Below are positions 56,393-64,000 of a DNA stretch of 64,000 nucleotides, in pieces. Origin of the DNA: Chrysomallon squamiferum (taxonomy: Eukaryota > Animalia > Mollusca); the NCBI GenBank assembly GCA_012295275.1, contig CM022678.1, positions 6,944,001 to 7,008,000 on the forward strand, written 5' to 3'. How positions within the stretch are numbered: position 1 is the first letter of the stretch; every line of letters begins with the position of its first letter. The notes under the pieces were generated by a model, which made no database searches, was not told where the DNA came from, and was given only the letters and a program-made list of their open reading frames with translations. The position numbers and the translations under genes are program-made.

Positions 56393-57709
56393 TCAGGTAC
56401 AGTGGTATTTCATATCAACAAGAGGAATATCCAGATTAACACACTGTCCGGTAATAATCATGTTTGTCTTGTTCTGGTGCCAGCTTTCAAACCATTCAGA
56501 ATCGCACGTGCACTCGATAGGATTACGTGAAAGATAGAGATCAGTCAGCGAAGCCAGATTTCGAAGAGCAACAGGGATCCGAGTGATTCCATTCGACTGC
56601 ATGTACAACACCTTCAGACGTCTTAGGCGAGCAAAAGCGCCCGACGAAATGTATTTAATGTTGTTGTCGTCGAAGCTGACGTATTCGAGATTTACGCAGT
56701 CGTCGAGGTCGTGTCTTTCGATGCTGTCGATGTGATTATTGTCCAGTTCTAGATTCGTTAATGTCGTTCTGCAAACTCCGCTTTGAACACGAGTGATCAA
56801 ACTTTCTGTCAAGTAAAACGTTTCCAGATGAGTTGGCATGGCTTCTTCCTCGACGTGGGCAATTTTGCTCTTCGCGATGTACAGATGAGAGAGCGACGTC
56901 TGGACACTCAGTCCGATGGGGATTTTTGTTATCGCTGTGTCCGATATCCACAGCTTCTGGAGATTAGGTTTGTTCAAGGGTAGCCAGTTCTGAAAGAAAC
57001 TTTGGTCGGTCAAAGTTGTTCCTCCAATTCGTAGTTCTTTCAGTTGGTTCAGTGTTTCAATGCCTGTGGGAATGTTGGTTAAACCCGTGTTTTCCATATT
57101 CAAATACGTTAGTCTTTTGTTGAAGGAACTGAAATAGCCATGGGGGATAACTTTAAAGTCGTTATTGCTGACATCCAGCCAGTGCAGATCCCACATATGC
57201 CTGAGCCAGTTGGGCCAGCTCGTCAAAGAGTTGCTGGAGAGATCGATCTTTTTCAGACTGATTCCCAGTTTCTCCATTAGACTCAGATCGAAATGCTGGA
57301 AGTTGTTGTGACTGAAATAAAGGATCTGCAGCTCTTTCAAGTCGCCAATCGCTTTGGGAACAGATTTGAGGCCGGCGTTAGAGATATGCAGCTCCTTCAG
57401 AGAATGACTCTGACTTTTTAGAGCGTGCTCGTCCATCGTGAAATTGGTGCTGTAGTCCAAGTTCAAACTCCTCAGTAGGATGTTATTAAACGAACTGTTT
57501 GTGATGACTAAACGTGGGTTTCCTTCCAAGGTTAAATAGTAGGTTTTGTTACCATCGCCCGTCAGAGCAGGAACACTCGTAACATTGACGTTGTCGCAGA
57601 AGATGAAATCTCCGTTGCAGTGACACGGAGCAGGCGCAGGACATTGCTGGTTTGAACTGACCACTGTTACCACGGACAGAAAAACAAAAATGTACTGTGT
57701 AACATACAT
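56393..57709 (-). CDS. Secreted LRR-only protein B, 438 aa
   Basis: Signal peptide, CPAPAPCHC..FIFC LRRNT, about 13 LRRs, NPIECTCDSEWF...C...C LRRCT, no TM. The ATG lies directly after a TTTTTCAG acceptor. Confidence 0.92.
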   Translation of the reverse strand: MYVTQYIFVFLSVVTVVSSNQQCPAPAPCHCNGDFIFCDNVNVTSVPALTGDGNKTYYLTLEGNPRLVITNSSFNNILLRSLNLDYSTNFTMDEHALKSQSHSLKELHISNAGLKSVPKAIGDLKELQILYFSHNNFQHFDLSLMEKLGISLKKIDLSSNSLTSWPNWLRHMWDLHWLDVSNNDFKVIPHGYFSSFNKRLTYLNMENTGLTNIPTGIETLNQLKELRIGGTTLTDQSFFQNWLPLNKPNLQKLWISDTAITKIPIGLSVQTSLSHLYIAKSKIAHVEEEAMPTHLETFYLTESLITRVQSGVCRTTLTNLELDNNHIDSIERHDLDDCVNLEYVSFDDNNIKYISSGAFARLRRLKVLYMQSNGITRIPVALRNLASLTDLYLSRNPIECTCDSEWFESWHQNKTNMIITGQCVNLDIPLVDMKYHCT

Positions 57710-57930
57710 CTGAAAAATAGAGTGTTAATTCACTCACACAGATACAGATATATAAGAATGAATAAACACATAAATAAGCAACAACAGTAACATGAACAAG
57801 AATATTTTTTAACAACAACAGCAATAACAACGAAAATAGTTGCAGCTGTAGCAACAATAGCAAGAACAACAACAATAATAATAATAAAAGTGACTAAAGA
57901 GTTTACGAGAAAAATATAATGTCTACTTAC

Positions 57931-57984
57931 CGTGGCGAAAGTTAGATCCAGAATAATGTACTAGAAATCACCTGTAGTTTTATA
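57931..57984 (-). promoter_or_regulatory. TATA box and short non-coding first exon of LRR gene B
   Basis: TATAAAA (minus) at 57978-57984. ACG|GTAAGT donor at 57931/57930. The block is conserved upstream of gene C. Confidence 0.6.
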
Positions 57985-58644
57985 AAGTCAAGACTGTGAA
58001 TATAGCATATGTTACAATTCTTGTTTGAATTAACATATATTATCTTATCTTAATCAGGTAACTATTATCATAAAAAATAGAAAACAAAATTAAATTTCAT
58101 TCTTTTCCACAAGTGCAAGATTTAATTAATTACTTACTATTTGCTTGCTCATTTATTTACTCACTCAGTTATTTGTTTATTTTCTTATTTCTTTATTTTC
58201 TTCGTGCGTTCATTCCTTCCTTAAGTCCTTACGCATTTATTTCGTTACTGATTTAGATGCTTAATTCATTCTTTATTTCCTTCCTTCCTTTCTTCTTTCC
58301 GTATTTACTTATTCACTCATTGATTTATTCGCTTTTTAATTCCCTCGTTCCATCCTTATTTCTTTACTAACTTATTTCTCTGTTTTTCTCTTTTCTTCTT
58401 TTTCCTTTTTTTTCCTTCTTTCTTCCTAAATTCCTTACTTCCTTACTTACTTCCTTATTTATTTTGTTACATGGTTGAAGTTTTAGTTCACTTTGCATTA
58501 TCAGATAAATACTTGATATACGTTTAAATTGATCCATTTGCCGTTTTCCCCTCTTGAAGCAAAAATAAAATTTGTTTATCAAAAGCCTTGACTTAGATAA
58601 CTATGTCGGTTTATGACAGATAAGACCGGTGTTTGCCTTGGCAT

Positions 58645-59590
58645 GTTCGTCTATCTGTCTGTCTACATGTCTGTCTATCTATCTGTCTCAATCCTTGTCT
58701 GTTTCTCTCTCTGTCTTCCTGTCACTCTGTCTCTGTCAATCTATCTGTTTCTCTGTCTGTCAGTACACCTGTCTCTCTAACAGTTTGTCTGTATGTCTGC
58801 CTCTGTATCCATCAGTCTCTCTGTCTATGTATCCGTCATCCTCTATATGTCTGTTTATCTGTCTCTGCCTATCAGTCTGTTGGTCTGTCTGTCTGTCTCT
58901 CTATCGTCATTGTGATTGTTTTTCAGGTCTGTTGTCTGTTTATCTCTCTTTGTCTGTCAGTATGTCTGTATGTATGTAAGTATGTATATCTGTCTCTATC
59001 AGTATATCTGTCTGTCTGTCTCTCTATCGTCATTGTGATTATGTTTTTATGTCTGTTGTCTGATTATCTCTGTGTGTCAGTATGTCTGTCTGCACGTAAG
59101 TATGTATATCTGCCTCTATCAGTATATCTGCCTGTTTGTCTGTCTACCTCTTTGTCTGTATGTCTGTCTCTCTGTCCATCAGTCTCTCTGTCTCTTTATC
59201 TGTTTCTGTCCATCTATCTGTCTGTCCCTCTATCTGTCATTCTGTCTATGTCTGTGTATCTGTCTATTGTCTGTTTCTGTCTCTGTCCATCTGTTTGTCT
59301 GTCTCTATCTATCATTATACCTGCCTGTCTCTCTACCAATTTGTCTGTATGTTTGATTCTCTCTCTCCATCAGTCTCAGTGTCTCTCCGTCTCTCTTGCT
59401 GTATATGTCTGTTTATCTGTCTATCTATCAGTTTGTCTGTCTGTCTCTCTATCTGTCATTCTGTCTATGTCTGTCTATCTCTCTTTTGTCTGTTTATCTG
59501 TCTCTGCCAATCAGTCTGCCTGTCTGTATGTAAGTATCTATGTCTGTCTTTCTCTCAATCAATCTTTCAGTCTGTCTCTCTATAGTGATA
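58645..59590. repeat. Degenerate (TCTG)n/(TCTA)n tetranucleotide tract
   Basis: Directly visible. A shorter homologous tract lies at ~62805-63035. Confidence 0.9.
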
Positions 59591-59824
59591 TCTAAAAGTG
59601 GAAACTCGACTTCTGTCTATAGGACACTAGAAAACGTCACCAAGTCAGAGTGTTACAAATCTTGGATGTAGAGAGATTGTTTATCCTGTGAAGTTTTCTT
59701 TTTAGCTTGTACTTAAATATGAGATGATTCTGTGATTCGTATGTACAATTATTCCGATTTCTTTTAACTTTTAAATGTACCTAAACTAAACGAAATAATA
59801 ATTACAGTAGTAGTAGTAGTAGTA

Positions 59825-59859
<35 letters not shown>

Positions 59860-59900
59860 TATAATAATTATTATAACAATAACCATAACAATAATAGCAG

Positions 59901-59968
<68 letters not shown>

Positions 59969-60335
59969 CAATAAAAAAGAACAACAAAAATAACAATATA
60001 ATAAAAACAACAGTAATTATAGTAATAGTAATAATAATAATAACAGTGATGATAATGACAAGAAGAAACAGAAGAAGAACATGAAGATGATGATGATGAT
60101 GAAGATATATAAAATTAATTATCAGTAATTTCGTTCGATCGATACATTAACCTTTATACTGAAAACATAAATAAAGAAAACAAACTAAACAACTAACTAA
60201 CCAGTATATAAAGACTATGTAAAATAAAAAAATAAAAACCAACACAGCACTGAGTTACTCACTAACCATTAATTTTATTATTTTACAATTTTTGACAATA
60301 CAAATTGCTTCTCAGTGATCTTGTTAACTTGGCAT

Positions 60336-61652
60336 TCAAGTACAGTGGTATTTCATATCAGCAAGAGGAATATCCAGATTAAGACACTGTCCGGTAATAA
60401 TCATGTTTGTCTTGTTCTGGTGCCAGCTTTCAAACCATTCAGAATCGCACGTGCACTCAATAGGATTACGTGAAAGATAGAGATCAGTCAGCGAAGCCAG
60501 ATTTTGAAGAGCGACAGGGATCCGAGTGATTCCATTCGACTGCATGTACAACACCTTCAGACGTCTTAGGCGAGCAAAAGCGCCCGACGAAATGTATTTA
60601 ATGTTGTTGTCGTCGAAGCTGACGTATTCGAGATTTACGCAGTCGTCGAGGTCGTGTCTTTCGATGCTGTCGATGTGATTATTGTCCAGCTCTAGATTCG
60701 TTAACGTCGTTCTGCAAACTCCGCTTTGAACACGAGTGATCAAACTTTCTGTCAAGTAAAACGTTTCCAGATGAGTTGGCATGGCTTCTTCCTCGACGTG
60801 GGCAATTTTGCTCTTCGCGATGTACAGATGAGAGAGCGACGTCTGGACACTCAGTCCGATGGGGATTTTTGTTATCGCTGTGTCCGATATCCACAGCTTC
60901 TGAAGATTAGGTTTGTTCAAGGGTAGCCAGTCAAGAAAGAAACTTTGGTCGGTCAAAGTTGTCCCTCCAATTCGTAGTTCTTTCAGTTGGTTCAGTGTTT
61001 CAATGCCTGTGGGAATGTTGGTTATTCCCGTGTTTTCCATATTCAAATACGTCAGTCTTTTGTTGAAGGAACGGAAATAGCCATTGGGGATAACTTTAAA
61101 GTCGTTATTGCTGACATCCAGCCAGTGCAGATCCCACATATGCCTGAGCCAGTTGGGCCAGCTCGTCAAAGAGTTGCTGGAGAGATCGATCTTTTTCAGA
61201 CTGATTCCCAGTTTCTCCATCAGACTCAGATCAAAATGCTGGAAGTTGTTGTGACTGAGATACAGGATCTGCAGCTCTTTCAAGTCGCCAATGGCTTTGG
61301 GAACAGATTTGAGGCCGGCGTTAGAGATATGCAGCTCCTTCAGAGAATGACTCTGACTTTTTAGAGCGTGCTCGTCCATCGTGAAATTGGTGCTGTAGTC
61401 CAAGTTCAAACTCCTCAGTAGGATGTTATTAAACGAACTGTTTGTGATGACTAAATGTGGGTTTCCTTCCAAGGTTAAATAGTAGGTTTTGTTAGCATCG
61501 CCCGTCAGAGTAGGAACGCTCGTAACATTGACGTTGTTGCAGAAGATGAAATCTCCGTTGCAGTGACACGGAGCAGGCGCAGGACATTGCTGGTTTGAAC
61601 TGACCACTGTTATCACGGACAGAAAAACAAAAATGAACTGTGTAACACGCAT
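60336..61652 (-). CDS. Secreted LRR-only protein C, 438 aa, recent duplicate of B
   Basis: Same length and architecture as B, with about 16 amino-acid differences by eye and the same CAG|ATG acceptor. Confidence 0.92.
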   Translation of the reverse strand: MRVTQFIFVFLSVITVVSSNQQCPAPAPCHCNGDFIFCNNVNVTSVPTLTGDANKTYYLTLEGNPHLVITNSSFNNILLRSLNLDYSTNFTMDEHALKSQSHSLKELHISNAGLKSVPKAIGDLKELQILYLSHNNFQHFDLSLMEKLGISLKKIDLSSNSLTSWPNWLRHMWDLHWLDVSNNDFKVIPNGYFRSFNKRLTYLNMENTGITNIPTGIETLNQLKELRIGGTTLTDQSFFLDWLPLNKPNLQKLWISDTAITKIPIGLSVQTSLSHLYIAKSKIAHVEEEAMPTHLETFYLTESLITRVQSGVCRTTLTNLELDNNHIDSIERHDLDDCVNLEYVSFDDNNIKYISSGAFARLRRLKVLYMQSNGITRIPVALQNLASLTDLYLSRNPIECTCDSEWFESWHQNKTNMIITGQCLNLDIPLADMKYHCT

Positions 61653-61764
61653 CTGAAAAATAGAGTGTTAACTCACTCACACAGATAGAGATATATAAGA
61701 ATTCATAAACACATAAATAAGCAATAACAACAATAGCAGCAGCAACAACAACAACTATAATGAA

Positions 61765-61829
<65 letters not shown>

Positions 61830-61875
61830 TAAAAGCAACTAAAATTTTCACGAAAACAATATTATGTCTACTTAC

Positions 61876-61929
61876 CGTGGCGAATGTTAGATCCAGAATA
61901 ATGTACTAGAAATCACCTGTAGTTTTGTA
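61876..61929 (-). promoter_or_regulatory. Non-coding first exon/core promoter of LRR gene C (variant TATA)
   Basis: ACG|GTAAGT donor at 61876/61875. TACAAAA at 61923-61929 where gene B has TATAAAA. Confidence 0.55.
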
Positions 61930-63260
61930 AAGTTAAGACTGTGAACACAGCATATGTTTGAAGTAACGTATATTATCTTATCTTAACCACGTAACTATTA
62001 GGACAGAAAATAGAAAACAAAAAATTAAATTACATTCTTTTCCTCAAGTACTTATTCGTTTGCTCATTTATTTACTCACTTAATTATTTGTTTATTTTCT
62101 TCGTTCATTCTTTCCTTCCTTACGTTCTTATGTATTTATTTTGTTACTGATTTAGAAGCTTAATTCATTTTTTATTTCCTTCCTTTCTTCTTTCTTTCCG
62201 TATTTACTTATTCACTCATTTATTTATTTACTTCACTTTTTAATTCCCTCGTTCCATCCTTATTTCTTTACTAACTTATTTCTCTGTTTTTTTTCTTTTC
62301 TGCTTTTCCTTTTATTACTTCCTTACTCCTAAATTCCTTACTTACTTACTTAGCTACTTATAACTTCTAGCATCCTTCTTTCCCTTCTTCCTTCCTTCTT
62401 TCCTTCCTTCATTCCTTCCTTACTTACTTCCTTATTTACTTTGTTACATGGTTGAAGTTTTAGTTCATTTTGCTCGTTCCATCCTTATTTCTTTACTATC
62501 TTATTTCTCTGGGGTTTTTTCTTGTCTTTATTTTCCTTTTCTTACTTCTTTCTTCCTAAATTCCTTAGTTACTTATAACTTCTAGCATCCTTCTTTATTT
62601 CCTTCCTTCTTTTCTTTGTTACTTACTTCCTGATTTACTTTGTTACATGGTTGAAGTTTTAGTTCATTTTGCATTATCAGATAAATACTAGATATACGTT
62701 TAAACTGATCCATTTGCCATGATCCAGTTGTTTATCAAAAGCCTTGACTTAGATAACTATGTCGGTTTAAGACAGATAAGACCGGTGTTTGCCTTACCAT
62801 GTTCTTCTATCTGTCTGTCTATATTCTGCCTGTCTGTCTCTCTGTATGTGTATCAGTATTTGTCTGTCTGTTTGTCTGTGTATATATGTCTATCTGTCTA
62901 TGTCTGTCTGTCTCTGTCTCAGTTTGTCGGTCTGCCTCTGTCTATTACTCTGTCTGTCTGTCTATTAGTTGTCTGTCTCTAAGTCTCGCTGTCCATCAGC
63001 CTTTTTTTCTCTCTGTCTGTCTGTCTGTCTGTCTAAAAGTGGAATCCATCCTCGTCTCTGTAGGAGACAAGAAAACGTCACCAAGTCAGAGTGTTACAAA
63101 TCTTGGATGTAGAGAGATTCTTTATCCCGTGAAGTTTTCTTTTTAGCTTGTACTTAAATCTGAGATGATTTGTGATTCATATATACAGTTATTACGATTT
63201 CTTTTAAATTTTAAATGTACCTAAACTAAACGAAATAATAATTAAAGTAGTAGTAATAAG

Positions 63261-63295
<35 letters not shown>

Positions 63296-63320
63296 GAACA
63301 ATAATACGAAGAAGAAGAAG

Positions 63321-63358
<38 letters not shown>

Positions 63359-63448
63359 GTACAAGAACCAACTGATACGTTCTTGTTCAACATTTTTATT
63401 TCATTATTATTTTAAAAAATTTTTGACCAAGTTTACAACATTTTGACA

Positions 63449-64000
63449 TTAAGTACAATGAGAATGAAACTCAACGATGCCCATGTCGAGATTGGTACAG
63501 CGACCTTTGACTAGTTTGATGTGGGTGTTATTCTTACGCCAGTGTGTAAACCATTCCGTCTCACACGTGCATTCGATCGGGTTCTCCGTTAAGTAGACGT
63601 AACCCAGAGAGTGCAGAGTTCCGATCGCAGTCGGTATGCGTTCCAGTTTGTTTTTCTGCAAGAACAGAGTGATGAGATGGCTCACGTTGTGGAACGCGCC
63701 AGAGGAGACGTACGCGATGTCGTTGTCGTCAGCACTGAAGTAGAACAGACTCGGGCAGTCGTCGAGGTCGTGTCTTTCGATGCTTTCGATTCTGTTGCCG
63801 TCCAGTTCGAGCTTTGACAGTCGCGGGTTGCACATTCCGTTGTGAACGCGGGTTACGAGTCCCGCCGTCAAATAAAGCGTGTTTATGTTCGGCGGCATCG
63901 ATTTTTCGCCCACGTGGCGTATCCGGCTGTGCTGTATGTACAGCTCGTCGAGCGAGGCCTGGTTGCCGAGTCCGTCGGGGATTTTTGTTATCGTTGTGTT
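63449..64000 (-). CDS. LRR protein D, C-terminal part (gene continues beyond the window)
   Basis: Frame is open from 64000 (NTTITKIPDGLGNQASLDELYIQHSRIRHVGEKSMP...) through IESIERHDLDDC and NPIECTCETEWF to FHSHCT*. Colinear with A, B and C. Confidence 0.9.
   Translation of the reverse strand, partial: NTTITKIPDGLGNQASLDELYIQHSRIRHVGEKSMPPNINTLYLTAGLVTRVHNGMCNPRLSKLELDGNRIESIERHDLDDCPSLFYFSADDNDIAYVSSGAFHNVSHLITLFLQKNKLERIPTAIGTLHSLGYVYLTENPIECTCETEWFTHWRKNNTHIKLVKGRCTNLDMGIVEFHSHCT

Larger units (their letters stand above)
56176..63243. repeat. Tandem segmental duplication carrying LRR genes B and C (units ~56176-59803 and ~60095-63243)
   Basis: CDS, intron ends, first exon, upstream pyrimidine-rich region and terminal ...AATGTACCTAAACTAAACGAAATAATAATTA are shared. 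The CDS offset is 3943 bp. Confidence 0.9.

Noticed and set aside
58633-59595. 320-aa Leu/Ser/Val/Cys ORF
   Set aside because: It is a (TCTG)n degenerate repeat, and its length is not conserved in the duplicated unit.

Overview
AT-rich, microsatellite-saturated animal genomic DNA with spliceosomal GT-AG introns. It is not prokaryotic. The gene families look lophotrochozoan, probably molluscan/gastropod, but this is inference only. The window holds four gene groups. (1) The 3' two coding exons of an MFSD4-like MFS transporter. (2) A head-to-head pair of genes for signal-peptide-bearing PAN/Apple + Cys-rich + galectin-like proteins. They share a near-identical ~390-bp inverted segment but have strongly divergent galectin-like C-termini. 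Between them lie both first exons, a Tigger/pogo-type MITE and a 2-kb 11-bp minisatellite. (3) Two divergently oriented, single-coding-exon class A peptide-receptor-like GPCR paralogues about 35 kb apart, with candidate non-coding 5' exons between them. (4) A tandem array of at least four secreted LRR-only genes (LRRNT-LRRs-LRRCT, no TM/TIR) that runs off the window end. Four otherwise well-formed genes have 1-2 nt frameshifts, mostly in short homopolymers. Uncorrected long-read errors are the simplest explanation, but real pseudogenisation cannot be excluded. Most other ORFs in the track are translations of simple repeats or shadows of real CDSs. The best candidate for an undescribed system is the inverted Apple-galectin pair: a shared N-terminal cassette with variable lectin-like ends, and a promoter block that could in principle invert.
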